DNA of 64,000 nucleotides from Bacillota bacterium (lineage in GTDB: Bacteria > Bacillota_I > Bacilli_A > Acholeplasmatales > UBA5453). The position numbers and the translations under genes are program-made. The DNA lies in contig JAEZHT010000078.1 of NCBI GenBank assembly GCA_023436805.1, positions 9,766-73,765 of the forward strand, written 5' to 3'. Below, piece by piece: positions 1 to 9,895 of the stretch (within the stretch, counting starts at the first letter, position 1; each line of letters begins with the position of its first letter). The notes under the pieces were generated by a model. That model had not been told where the DNA came from. It did no database searches and was given only the letters and a program-made list of their open reading frames with translations.

Positions 1-1074
1 TACAACTTAGGCAAAGGATTCATCGAAGGTTTCAAAGGCATTGGTAAATTCTTTATGAGTTTGGTTGAAAGCATCAAAGCATTTTTCGCTCATCGTGCAG
101 AATATAAAAACAACATTCAAAAGTTTGGTAAAGAAAAAGCACGTCAGATGAAAATAGACGCTGAGATTGAACGTAAAGGTTCGTTGTCACAACAAGACCT
201 TGAACGCGTTGGACGCAATGACTTGATCATGAAGACCTTGGGCTTGGTCGCTATGTACACCTTCCTAACCTTCATCGCGATATTCATTTTCATCCCGTTC
301 TATTGGATGATTCTCACCGCATTAAAGACACACGTTGAACTCACCACACGTCTCAACCCAAGATTCTTCATTGGCTTGGATGAAATGCAATGGGTCAACT
401 TCAAAGTCGCATTCACAAGATTCAGTTTCTGGCGTTACCTTGGTAATACTGTAACCGTTGGTTTAATATCGATGGTCGGTACAGTTACCACCACCATCTT
501 GGCAGCCTTTGCGTTCTCACGCTTAGACTTCAAAGGTAGAGAATTCATCTTCTCCATCCTCCTCATGACCATGATGATTCCAGGTGAACTTTACACCATT
601 ACCAACTACATTACCGTTAGAAACCTTGGATGGTATGACTCATTCGCAGCACTGATCTTCCCATTCATGACCTCTGTATTCTATATTTTCTTCTTGAGAC
701 AATCCTTTAAGCAAATCCCAGATTCGCTTTACAGAGCCGCTCAAGTCGATGGTTGTGGCGACTTTAAGTATTTAACAAGAGTCATGATTCCAATCGCAAA
801 ACCAACCATCACAACGATTACGATTTTATCAGCCATCGGTGCATGGGACGCCTATATTTGGCCACAATTGGTTGCGCCAAGTGAGAAGAATTGGTTGATT
901 TCCGTCGCTTTACGTAGTACCAGCTTCGTTGTCGGTTCAGGCTCAGATGCTAGACCGGTTTACAACATTCAGTTGGCTGCAACAGCTTTAGTTACCGTAC
1001 CACTACTCATCATTTTCTTCTCACTCAAGAAATACATCATCCGTGGTGTGGGTAGAAGCGGAACCAAAGGATAA
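1..1074 (+). CDS. CUT1-family ABC transporter permease (UgpE/MalG-like), probably 5'-truncated by the window edge
   Basis: Multiple TM helices and EAA-like loop (IPDSLYRAAQVDGCG). The frame is open from position 1 to the ATG at 55, so the true start may lie upstream. Confidence 0.9.
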   Translation, partial: YNLGKGFIEGFKGIGKFFMSLVESIKAFFAHRAEYKNNIQKFGKEKARQMKIDAEIERKGSLSQQDLERVGRNDLIMKTLGLVAMYTFLTFIAIFIFIPFYWMILTALKTHVELTTRLNPRFFIGLDEMQWVNFKVAFTRFSFWRYLGNTVTVGLISMVGTVTTTILAAFAFSRLDFKGREFIFSILLMTMMIPGELYTITNYITVRNLGWYDSFAALIFPFMTSVFYIFFLRQSFKQIPDSLYRAAQVDGCGDFKYLTRVMIPIAKPTITTITILSAIGAWDAYIWPQLVAPSEKNWLISVALRSTSFVVGSGSDARPVYNIQLAATALVTVPLLIIFFSLKKYIIRGVGRSGTKG

Positions 1075-1139
1075 GATTTACCCGATTTGGGATTTACAGC
1101 CTTAGGCTGCTAATCATAAAATTCATTAGGAGGACACAA

Positions 1140-3074
1140 ATGAAGAGAATTACTTCGCTTTTAATCGTTCTGTTTGCGATTGTCATGTTAACCGCATGTG
1201 CTAAGCAAAGAGACCAAGCGCCTACCATCTCCGGTGCACAACTCAACCCAGTCGTGCAACAAGGCGGTACGTACAACCCTCTAGACGGCGTTACAGCTGA
1301 CGACCGTGAAGATGGCAACTTAACAGATCAAATTGTGGTAAGTGGTTTTGACCAAGACGATTTAAATTTCGCTGGTACATACGTTATTACCTTAAAAGTT
1401 ACAGACTCTGCTGGCAATGAAACCATCGTTACCATCAATTTAACCGTTGAAGGTACCACAGCAGCGTTGCCACCAGTGCTCAATGGTATTAAAGCTCAAC
1501 AAACCTATTTCATCGGTTCTGGTGACTTTAACCCAATCGCTGGCGTCACCGCAATCGACCCAGTCGATGGCAACATCACATCGTCGATTCAAGTCACAGG
1601 TACATTGTTATTGGATACTCCAGGACAATATACGTTAACTGTAAGAGTTACCAACCAAGCAGGCGTTAGAGCGTCCGCTTCAATTACGGTAACGGTTGCT
1701 GTTTCGGATATTCCATTCCAATTAACAACAGATCCAATCGAAATTACCTTATGGCATGCGATGGGTGCATCCAACCAAGCGTTACTTGAAAAGTATGCAG
1801 CATCATTTAAAGTGAAATATCCAAATGTCACTGTAGTCATCCCTGCTGGTGTTGGTAACTATGATACTTTAAAGACCAACATGATCAACGCGATTACAGC
1901 GAATGCTATGCCTAACTTAGTACAAGCTTATCCAGACCATGTCGCTGAATACCTCAATGGTAAAGCGGTATTGAACTTAAACCCATACATCAACTCAACA
2001 ACTTGGGGTCTAAATGGTCCAGATGCATTGTCTGACATCATCCAATCCTACTTAGATGAAAACAGCCAATACGACGCTGCGGGTACTTATTACTCATTAC
2101 CATTCAACAAGTCCACTGAAGTTATGATTTATAACAAGACTGTATTTGATGCATTGTCATTACCAGTACCACAAACTTGGCAAGACATCATCGCAGCAGC
2201 ACCTGCATTAAAAGCACATGGTGACGCGATTGCAGAAGCTAAAGTCAGAGCTGCTAACCCAGGCATGTCTGAAATGGCATTAGCACCGCTCATCGCTGCA
2301 GCTAAGGCTTTAATCGTGCCTGCATCTTATGACTCTACAGGTAATGCGTTCATCACATTCACCAGACAATTCGAAGGTGGATACACCGCATTGAATTATC
2401 AAACATTCAAAGGCGAATACCTATGGGTTAACAATGCGAACACAACCGCTGCGATGCAATTCTTGAAAGACAACAAGTCTGTCATCACATTACCAGAATT
2501 CTGGGATCAACAATACGCATCTACCCCGTTCGTTAACCAACAAACATTCGTAACCATTGGTTCATCTGCAGGTGTTCGTTACAACGTGCCATCCTCAGAC
2601 CCAACCACTGGTGAACCAGTATTTGAAATTGGTGTTGCTCCAGTACCTTACAACGCGGACAAACCAAATGCGAAAGCCGTCATTCAACAAGGTACCAACA
2701 TCTCCTTGATGAAGACTGGTACAGCACAACAACAACTTGCTTCATGGTTATTCTTAAAGCACTTAATCAGCCTTGAAAACACCACTGACTGGGCAATGCA
2801 AACCGGTTATCTACCAGTGAGAACCAGTGCTTATGAATCCACCACATATCAAAACTTCTTAACCAACCCAACAGCCAATGAATTATACATTTCAATGGCA
2901 GCGAATGCAGCATACCTACAAAGAAACAATATGTACTATGACCCTGCATTCATCGGATCTTCTAGAGCAAGAACACAAGTAGGTCTAGCCCTTGAAAGAA
3001 TCATGCTTGGGGACGGTAACATTGCCGCTGCATTACAAGATGCCTTCACTGAGGCAAACCTAGGCGGACAATAA
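1140..3074 (+). CDS. Extracellular solute-binding lipoprotein (UgpB-like) with two N-terminal DUF5011/HYR-type Ig-like domains
   Basis: RBS AGGAGG; lipobox LTAC; two repeats of GVTAxDxxDGNxT...GxYxxTxxVT; then ITLWHAMG, LPFNKSTEVMIYNK and WAMQTGYLPV solute-binding motifs. Confidence 0.88.
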   Translation: MKRITSLLIVLFAIVMLTACAKQRDQAPTISGAQLNPVVQQGGTYNPLDGVTADDREDGNLTDQIVVSGFDQDDLNFAGTYVITLKVTDSAGNETIVTINLTVEGTTAALPPVLNGIKAQQTYFIGSGDFNPIAGVTAIDPVDGNITSSIQVTGTLLLDTPGQYTLTVRVTNQAGVRASASITVTVAVSDIPFQLTTDPIEITLWHAMGASNQALLEKYAASFKVKYPNVTVVIPAGVGNYDTLKTNMINAITANAMPNLVQAYPDHVAEYLNGKAVLNLNPYINSTTWGLNGPDALSDIIQSYLDENSQYDAAGTYYSLPFNKSTEVMIYNKTVFDALSLPVPQTWQDIIAAAPALKAHGDAIAEAKVRAANPGMSEMALAPLIAAAKALIVPASYDSTGNAFITFTRQFEGGYTALNYQTFKGEYLWVNNANTTAAMQFLKDNKSVITLPEFWDQQYASTPFVNQQTFVTIGSSAGVRYNVPSSDPTTGEPVFEIGVAPVPYNADKPNAKAVIQQGTNISLMKTGTAQQQLASWLFLKHLISLENTTDWAMQTGYLPVRTSAYESTTYQNFLTNPTANELYISMAANAAYLQRNNMYYDPAFIGSSRARTQVGLALERIMLGDGNIAAALQDAFTEANLGGQ

Positions 3075-3075
3075 T

Positions 3076-4752
3076 TTGAAAAAGGCATTCTTCTTATTGC
3101 TACTTGCGGTATTTACATTCACATTGGTTGGTTGCGAAGATACCCCACCAGTTGTGGAAGATACACGCTACACCCTCACGGATTTAGCTGGCAAGTCACA
3201 AACTGAAATTGAAGCAATATTTGAAGAAGTTGGCATTACAGTACAATTTAGAGAGGTTCAAAGTAGCACAGTTGCAGCGGGAACCTTTATTAGATACGTC
3301 GGCTATAACGTAGGCGATAAAATCGATAATACCATCACCATTCGTATTGAAATCGCAATTCCAGTCCCATCTGCACCAGTCATCAACGGTGCAGATGAGG
3401 TTTCGGTTTATGTGTCAGTACAAGGGAATCCACCAACATTTGATATTTATGAAGGTGTGACAGCAACCGATTTTAAAGGCAACGATATTCCGTTTGGCAA
3501 TTTCTTCTATGTATTAGAAATTAAGGATAGTAGTGAAAACACCCTATCCGAAGTAAACTTCTACCAAGTAGGCGTTTATTATGTGACATATCAAGCGATG
3601 AATAGTGGATTATCTACCACCGTCATTCGTAAGATCAATGTCGTTGTACCGCCATTTGATACGAACAATACCGATAGTTTACAGCTCGCTGTATCCTATG
3701 CGGGTAAATCGTTTATCGATGATGGTATTGGCGTAGTTACACTCACGACCCATACCGACGCGGACACCACCAACTTTAGAGATTCCGTAACAGGTGATAG
3801 ATTCACCGTTCGATACTTAGGTATTGACGCGCCTGAAGCGACATCCAAATATGAACCATGGGGCATCAAAGCTGCCAACTTTGTCAGAGAAACCCTAGAC
3901 AATGCAGAAACCATCATTCTTCAAGCCGAAGGCACAAGAACCGATGGTAACGGCCGTTATCTAGCGTGGGTCTGGTATATCAAAGATGGTAAGACAAGAT
4001 TACTCAACCTCGAACTCGTTGAAGAAGCCTATGCTTGGACAAGTGCGGTAGCAGGGACACAATATGGATCCATATTCGTCACTGCACAAGCAGAAACCCA
4101 ACTCACAGGCCGACGCATCTATGGCGAAGTTGACCCAGATTTCGACTACTCGACGAGTGGGACACCGATAGAAATTGGTACTTTACTGGATAATTTCAAT
4201 GATTATACAGGCAAGAAAGTAACCATTACTGGGGTCATCACATCTAAAGTAGCTCAAAGTATATACATCGAACAAAACAACAGAGGTATATACTTGTACA
4301 CAGGTTACAACTTAACCAATGAACTACAAATTGGTAATGAAGTAACCATTCAAGGTTTAGTGCCTGCCGTTTATTTTCAATCGAAACAGTTATCCAACTA
4401 TTCGATTGACAACATGATTTTGTTATCGACAGGTAACCCAGTAGTGATCAATACCATCGCAGCAGATCAAATCTCCCAATATGTGGGCAGAGTGGTCAAA
4501 ATCGATGGGTTGACCGTGACACAGATTCAATTGTCTCAATCCGGTTTAACCACCGACGCATACACTGTGGTAGCGAGAGATTCCAATAACAATACCATCA
4601 ATATACGCGTCGATGATTATACGGCGAAAGTCGTTCCAAGCTACACATTCAGTGTAGGTGCACAATTCTCGGTTACAGCCCCAGTCACACAATTTAACTC
4701 CGGTTATCAATTGATGTTACCAGGGATGGGCAGTATAGAATTTAATAATTAA
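3076..4752 (+). CDS. Thermonuclease (SNase)-domain lipoprotein with PASTA-like, Ig-like and two C-terminal OB-fold domains
   Basis: TTG start; lipobox LVGC; SNase motifs DADT, VRYLGIDAPE, DGNGRYLAWVW, LLNLELVEEAYA; C-terminal VTITGVIT..IYIEQ..GIYLY OB-type pattern. Confidence 0.85.
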   Translation: MKKAFFLLLLAVFTFTLVGCEDTPPVVEDTRYTLTDLAGKSQTEIEAIFEEVGITVQFREVQSSTVAAGTFIRYVGYNVGDKIDNTITIRIEIAIPVPSAPVINGADEVSVYVSVQGNPPTFDIYEGVTATDFKGNDIPFGNFFYVLEIKDSSENTLSEVNFYQVGVYYVTYQAMNSGLSTTVIRKINVVVPPFDTNNTDSLQLAVSYAGKSFIDDGIGVVTLTTHTDADTTNFRDSVTGDRFTVRYLGIDAPEATSKYEPWGIKAANFVRETLDNAETIILQAEGTRTDGNGRYLAWVWYIKDGKTRLLNLELVEEAYAWTSAVAGTQYGSIFVTAQAETQLTGRRIYGEVDPDFDYSTSGTPIEIGTLLDNFNDYTGKKVTITGVITSKVAQSIYIEQNNRGIYLYTGYNLTNELQIGNEVTIQGLVPAVYFQSKQLSNYSIDNMILLSTGNPVVINTIAADQISQYVGRVVKIDGLTVTQIQLSQSGLTTDAYTVVARDSNNNTINIRVDDYTAKVVPSYTFSVGAQFSVTAPVTQFNSGYQLMLPGMGSIEFNN

Positions 4753-4775
4753 AAAATGGAGGAAGAAAGTCGAAA

Positions 4776-7700
4776 ATGAGTACCAAAAGATTCAGTTTCA
4801 CAAAAGGTATCGTCGCACTAGTTCTAACGCTAGTAGCAATTCTTGGCTTGGTTGCATGTGAAACACCTGCAAACCCAGACAAAGAGGCTGTTGAAGCAGC
4901 ATTAGATCAAGTGGCTTTAGTCTATGGACAAGGCGATTCAGCATCCAGCGTAACAAGAAATTTAACATTACCAACCGCATTGGGTGAAATCACAATTTCT
5001 TGGGCATCTAGCAATGCAGCTGTCATTTCAAATGCCGGCGTGGTTACTAGACCAAACGCAGACACAGTCGTAACACTCACAGCAACGTTAACATTACGTG
5101 AAGAGAGCGATACTGTTGTGTTCTCACTTACAGTTAAAGCTGCAGAAGCAGCCGCAACACCAGAAGAAGCGCTTGCAGCACTTCAAATTTTCAGTAGCAC
5201 ATTGGTTTACAATGAATCTACTGGCAGATACACCACAACTTCAGATTTGTTCTTGCCTACAAGATCAATGAAGTTAGACATCACTTGGTCATCACCTAAC
5301 ACTGCAGTCATTGACAATGTTGGTAAAGTTGTAAGACCAGCGTGGGGTCAATCCGACCAAACAGTCATTCTAGTTGCATCCGTTGGTGACGCAACCAGAG
5401 AATTCATCATCACTGTACCTGCAATCAATGTTAAACCTAACAACATCGCAGTCGCAGAAGCTAAAGACGCATTACTACTTGCTGGTATCGGCAATGGTGT
5501 TGCTGCTGACTTAGTATTACCTACCACTGTAGGTTCTGACGGTGTTACCGTTACTTGGTCTTCAAACAACCCAGAAGTCATTAGCAATGAAGGTGTCGTT
5601 GTTCGTCAACAAGAAAATGTCACTGTTACCTTGACAGCTACCTTAACTAAGGGTACTGCTTCAGATACTAAGACATTCGATGTTGTCGTATTATCATTCG
5701 CACCATTCACAGAAGTTGCATCTATCCAAGCTGCAATCGATCTATCTATTGCAAATAGAAAATTATCACCTGCACCAGACACTTACGCTAAGATTGAAGC
5801 CGTAACAGTCGTTGGTATCTCTGGCGATGGTTACATGATTTATGATGGCGCAAGCTTATTATTCGTATTCACAAGCGGTACACCAGCAGAATCTATTAAA
5901 GTTGGTGACGTTTATGATATCACTGGTTTCGTAGACTACTACTTTGGTTCATGGCAATTCAACGGTACTAAGAGTGCCGAAATGCCTACCATTCTTAAGG
6001 CTTCTACAGAACCTGCGAAAGTACTAGAACCTCAAGCATTACCTGGTACAATCGTTCAATATGTAGCATCTCTACCTACAACTTATACACAAGAAGCACC
6101 GTTCCCTTACGCATACGTCGAATTCGAAGGTAAAGTAAGAGTTCAAGGTACTGGTAACTATGATGTGTTCCTAGTTGATTTCAATTATGCAGGTTCCGGT
6201 ATTAACTCTAATGCCAACTCACCTCATACTACAGACGCGTTGATGATTTACTACAAATCTAACATCGATGCATTACGTCAATTTGACGGTCTAAAAGTTA
6301 AGTTCAGCGCATTCTTGTATTCTTATAGAACAGACAGAACCATCTTCACATTCATCTTCACAGGTGTTGCTGCAGATATCGAAGTTTTACCTATGACTGA
6401 TCAAGAATCTGTTGACGCAGCTAAAGTTCAAGCAATCGCGGGTCTACCTGCAATTCAAGAAACTGCCGCTACATTGACATTACCTACCGATTTACTTGGT
6501 ACAACCATCGTTTGGACCTCCTCAGATAACGCATTAATCAACCCTACTACCGGTGTTGTTACACCAGTTGAAGGTTCACAAACCGCCGTTACATTGACAG
6601 CAACCATCACTAAAGGTTCTGCATCCGGTGTTCAAACATTCGTTGTTAAAGTCGGACAAATCCCTCTATCAACCGTACAACAAGTGGTTGATGCTCCAGT
6701 AAACTCTACTGTTTACCGTGTTCAAGGTACTGTTACAGCATCTGAATACTACAGAACATACTTCATTCAACAAGGTGATGCAGGTATTGCTATTTACACA
6801 TCTGACGCAACCATGTTGGCATTATTGAAGGCTAACGTAGGCAAAGACGTTGAAGTCATCGGTACTAGAGGCGCATTCAATGGCTTAAGACAAATGGCTC
6901 CACAATCCGTCAAGGCTTTAGGTACTACAGGTACTGTAACTGCAGTGAATGTTGACGCAGTCGCATTAAATGCAACTGACATGTTACCTTACCAAGGCAG
7001 ACTAGTTACATTAACTCAATTAAAGGTTACAAACCGTGCAGTTGACCAATATAACAACGTTACATTGACATTAACTCAAGTTGCAACAGGTAGAACCATT
7101 CTAATGAAGTGGGACTCCCGTCTTGCATTATCTACAGCAGCTGCTACCTTATTAGGTACATTGACTGTTGGTAAAGAAATTTCTGTTACAAACGTCATGG
7201 CTTGGTTAAATAACCCTTATTTATACTTTACAGATTCTACAATCGTGACTGAAGTTGCAATCACAGACGCTTCTAAAGTTGCTGGTGATAAAGCAGCATT
7301 ATCATTACCTGCAGAAGTGAAGACAGCTACACCATTAACTTTACCTGCAACAGGTGCTAACGGCGCAGCAATTACTTGGGCAACCGATAACGCAGCAGTC
7401 ATCACTGCAGCTGGTGTTGTAGCTCTTCCAGCATCAGGCACAGTTACAGTTAAATTAACTGCAACCTTAACTTTAGGTTCAGTGACTGAAACTAGAGAAT
7501 TCAATATTGTTGTTGGATTATCTGACCAAGATTTAGTAGACGCAGACGCGGCAGCTCTAGTCGTAGTAGCAGCTCACACTGCACCTACAACCATCACATT
7601 ACCTGCAACAGGTTCTAATGGTTCTGCGATTGTTTGGACATCTTCAAACAACGCATTGATCGACCCAGCAACTGGCGCAGTCGTGATGCCACAAAGTGGA

Positions 7701-8339
7701 CAAGTTGTCGTTACATTAACTGCAACATTATCCCTTAACGCAGCAACTAAAGTTCAAACATTTGAAGTCACTTTAGGTACAACATCTGAACCACAAGCTG
7801 AAGTTCTTAGAACTTATGTATTTGGGACAGCTGCAGTTACTGGTTATTCCGCAGGAAGCTTAGCATGGACTGAAACTTTTGGTGCACAAAGTGAATTGAA
7901 AGACCGTGTTCAAATTAACACATCCACAAGTGCTCCACACACTGCAGGAAATCCATTCTTAGTCTTAGCTCCAATTCAAACATTTAAAGTTGCTTTCGTA
8001 GAATTCTCACTTGCAGCATTAAACGTTTCTAACATTACTTTCCAATACTCTTCATGGAGTGGTTCAGCTGCAACTAACGCAGTTGCTCTAACTGACGGTG
8101 TCTTCACACTTCAAAAGTGGAATGCAACATCATCAACTTGGGAAAATGTTGAATACGCAGCTGGACAATTCAACCTACTAAGCAGCGTAGTATCTACAGA
8201 ATATAAGACAGCATCATTCAACGTTGTTGGTGGCGGCTTATTCAGACTTTATTACACTCAACCAAGTGCAACTTCAACTTCTAATACATTCTATGCATTA
8301 ACAGTTGATAACTTTGTTGTATCTGGTTTTGCAGCTTAA
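4776..8339 (+). CDS. Large surface lipoprotein with six bacterial Ig-like repeats, two probable OB-fold pairs and a C-terminal beta-sandwich
   Basis: RBS GGAGG; lipobox LVAC; six repeats of LxLP..G..IxWxS.N..I...G.V.......VxLTAT. Confidence 0.8.
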   Translation: MSTKRFSFTKGIVALVLTLVAILGLVACETPANPDKEAVEAALDQVALVYGQGDSASSVTRNLTLPTALGEITISWASSNAAVISNAGVVTRPNADTVVTLTATLTLREESDTVVFSLTVKAAEAAATPEEALAALQIFSSTLVYNESTGRYTTTSDLFLPTRSMKLDITWSSPNTAVIDNVGKVVRPAWGQSDQTVILVASVGDATREFIITVPAINVKPNNIAVAEAKDALLLAGIGNGVAADLVLPTTVGSDGVTVTWSSNNPEVISNEGVVVRQQENVTVTLTATLTKGTASDTKTFDVVVLSFAPFTEVASIQAAIDLSIANRKLSPAPDTYAKIEAVTVVGISGDGYMIYDGASLLFVFTSGTPAESIKVGDVYDITGFVDYYFGSWQFNGTKSAEMPTILKASTEPAKVLEPQALPGTIVQYVASLPTTYTQEAPFPYAYVEFEGKVRVQGTGNYDVFLVDFNYAGSGINSNANSPHTTDALMIYYKSNIDALRQFDGLKVKFSAFLYSYRTDRTIFTFIFTGVAADIEVLPMTDQESVDAAKVQAIAGLPAIQETAATLTLPTDLLGTTIVWTSSDNALINPTTGVVTPVEGSQTAVTLTATITKGSASGVQTFVVKVGQIPLSTVQQVVDAPVNSTVYRVQGTVTASEYYRTYFIQQGDAGIAIYTSDATMLALLKANVGKDVEVIGTRGAFNGLRQMAPQSVKALGTTGTVTAVNVDAVALNATDMLPYQGRLVTLTQLKVTNRAVDQYNNVTLTLTQVATGRTILMKWDSRLALSTAAATLLGTLTVGKEISVTNVMAWLNNPYLYFTDSTIVTEVAITDASKVAGDKAALSLPAEVKTATPLTLPATGANGAAITWATDNAAVITAAGVVALPASGTVTVKLTATLTLGSVTETREFNIVVGLSDQDLVDADAAALVVVAAHTAPTTITLPATGSNGSAIVWTSSNNALIDPATGAVVMPQSGQVVVTLTATLSLNAATKVQTFEVTLGTTSEPQAEVLRTYVFGTAAVTGYSAGSLAWTETFGAQSELKDRVQINTSTSAPHTAGNPFLVLAPIQTFKVAFVEFSLAALNVSNITFQYSSWSGSAATNAVALTDGVFTLQKWNATSSTWENVEYAAGQFNLLSSVVSTEYKTASFNVVGGGLFRLYYTQPSATSTSNTFYALTVDNFVVSGFAA

Positions 8340-8352
8340 TACATTTTAAAAC

Positions 8353-8385
8353 AAGAAGGACGAACCTCACGGCTCGTCCTTTTTT
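8353..8385 (+). terminator. Rho-independent terminator ending the ABC/nuclease/Ig-lipoprotein unit
   Basis: AAGGACGAACC-tcac-GGCTCGTCCTT followed by a T run. Confidence 0.8.
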
Positions 8386-8404
8386 CGTATTATTCACACA
8401 CAAG

Positions 8405-8432
8405 TAGATAAAAATCCATTATATGATATAAT
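8405..8432 (+). promoter_or_regulatory. Extended -10 sigma-A promoter for the second nuclease gene
   Basis: TG-a-TATAAT at 8424-8432; weak -35 TAGATA. Confidence 0.6.
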
Positions 8433-8461
8433 GATTATGCTAAAAAAGAGGAGAAATCTCT

Positions 8462-9892
8462 ATGAAGAAAATCATATCAATTCTATCCATCCTTTGGTTA
8501 TCTTTAATCATCATTGGATGTACCCCAACCGAATCTACAAAAGTGATTCTACCAGATCTCACAGGACTCAATAAAGAACAGGTCATTGATCTATTAGAAC
8601 CACTGGATATTGAGTACACCTTTGAAGATGTCATCGACAATACCAAAACGAGAAATCGCTTCATCGAATATAAAGGCGACTTTGAAATTGGTGATGAAGT
8701 TGAAAAAGGCACCAGCGTCGTAATCACATTCGCCATCCACGCCAATGTATTACCCAATCTTGCTGGTGTGCATAAAGATGATATCGCTGGATATTTCACC
8801 AACATGAAACTCTATATCGAGTATCGTGAATACGAAACCAACAGTGTCCCTGAGGGGCAATTCGTTAAATATTTAGAACCAAAATTCGTGGGACAAATTT
8901 TATCAGATAATACAACAGTGGTGATATTTGTTGCGAAAAACTTTGTCGTGGTGGAAAGAGATATAATTATCTCCAAATACATCGAAGGTGCAACCACCAA
9001 CAGAGCAATTGAACTTTATAACGTTTCTAGTGAACCTGTCGATCTTTCTAAGTATCGAATTGGATTATTTTTAGATGGTTCAGAAACAGTGAATGAAATC
9101 ATCACGTTAGAAGGCGTTTTAAACCCTTCGAGCACATATGTCATTAGTCATATGGGTTCAAGTGCTGAAATCCTTGCTAAAGCCGATTTAATCACCGATA
9201 AACTGGTTTTTAACGGTAATGATATCGTTACCCTCATGTTTTATAACAATGAAATCATCGATACTTTGGGTACTGTGGGTTGGGCTCTAGATATCTTTAA
9301 TAACATCACCTTAATCAGAAACACAAAAGTAACACAACCGAATACCACATTCATAAGAAATGACTGGGATACGTATGCGAAAGACTATATCGAACCACTC
9401 GGTACTCACCCTATTGCATACCCAACCACATTTACTTGGGATTTAAGCTATGCAGAAATCCCATTTAATACCCCTGGCGGTATGGTTCAAGTCTCTTTTG
9501 ACAGTAATTATGATGGTGATACAGCTTACTTCACCCCAGGATTCTTAGGGGAACAACGCCTCCGTTTTATTGGTATTGATACCCCTGAAATGGGTTCTGG
9601 TTTGGTTGCAACCCAAGCGAAGAGTTATGTGTATAACAAACTCAGATTTGCTTCTGTTATTTACATCCAACACGACCCAAGATCAGGTAGAATAGACTCT
9701 TATGAACGCCAACTTGGTTTGGTGTGGTACGATGGTAAACTTCTCAATTACGAACTCGTTTTATATGGTTACAGCCAAAACAATTATTCAGACGATACGC
9801 AATCCCTTATTTTTAATGGCATCCCACTTGCTGTATGGATGGCAAATGCAGAAGCGTACGCAAAACAAAACCGCTTAGGCGTATGGGGGTAA
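8462..9892 (+). CDS. Thermonuclease lipoprotein with two PASTA-like domains and a lamin-tail domain
   Basis: Lipobox IIGC; LPDLTG and LPNLAG PASTA starts; IISKYIEG..NRAIELYN...VDLSKY LTD motif; SNase motifs DGDT, RFIGIDTPE, DSYER, AEAYAKQNRLGVWG. Confidence 0.87.
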   Translation: MKKIISILSILWLSLIIIGCTPTESTKVILPDLTGLNKEQVIDLLEPLDIEYTFEDVIDNTKTRNRFIEYKGDFEIGDEVEKGTSVVITFAIHANVLPNLAGVHKDDIAGYFTNMKLYIEYREYETNSVPEGQFVKYLEPKFVGQILSDNTTVVIFVAKNFVVVERDIIISKYIEGATTNRAIELYNVSSEPVDLSKYRIGLFLDGSETVNEIITLEGVLNPSSTYVISHMGSSAEILAKADLITDKLVFNGNDIVTLMFYNNEIIDTLGTVGWALDIFNNITLIRNTKVTQPNTTFIRNDWDTYAKDYIEPLGTHPIAYPTTFTWDLSYAEIPFNTPGGMVQVSFDSNYDGDTAYFTPGFLGEQRLRFIGIDTPEMGSGLVATQAKSYVYNKLRFASVIYIQHDPRSGRIDSYERQLGLVWYDGKLLNYELVLYGYSQNNYSDDTQSLIFNGIPLAVWMANAEAYAKQNRLGVWG

Positions 9893-9895
9893 TAC

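Noticed and set aside
1081..1109. Small inverted repeats (CAGCC-tta-GGCTG) between the permease and binding-protein genes
   Set aside because: Stems are only 3-5 bp with no U tract; too weak to call a terminator or processing site.
4860..7780. Repetitive sequence in the 1187-aa gene as a possible CRISPR or DNA tandem repeat
   Set aside because: Repeats are degenerate at the DNA level and correspond to protein Ig domains; no identical repeat-spacer array is seen in the window.
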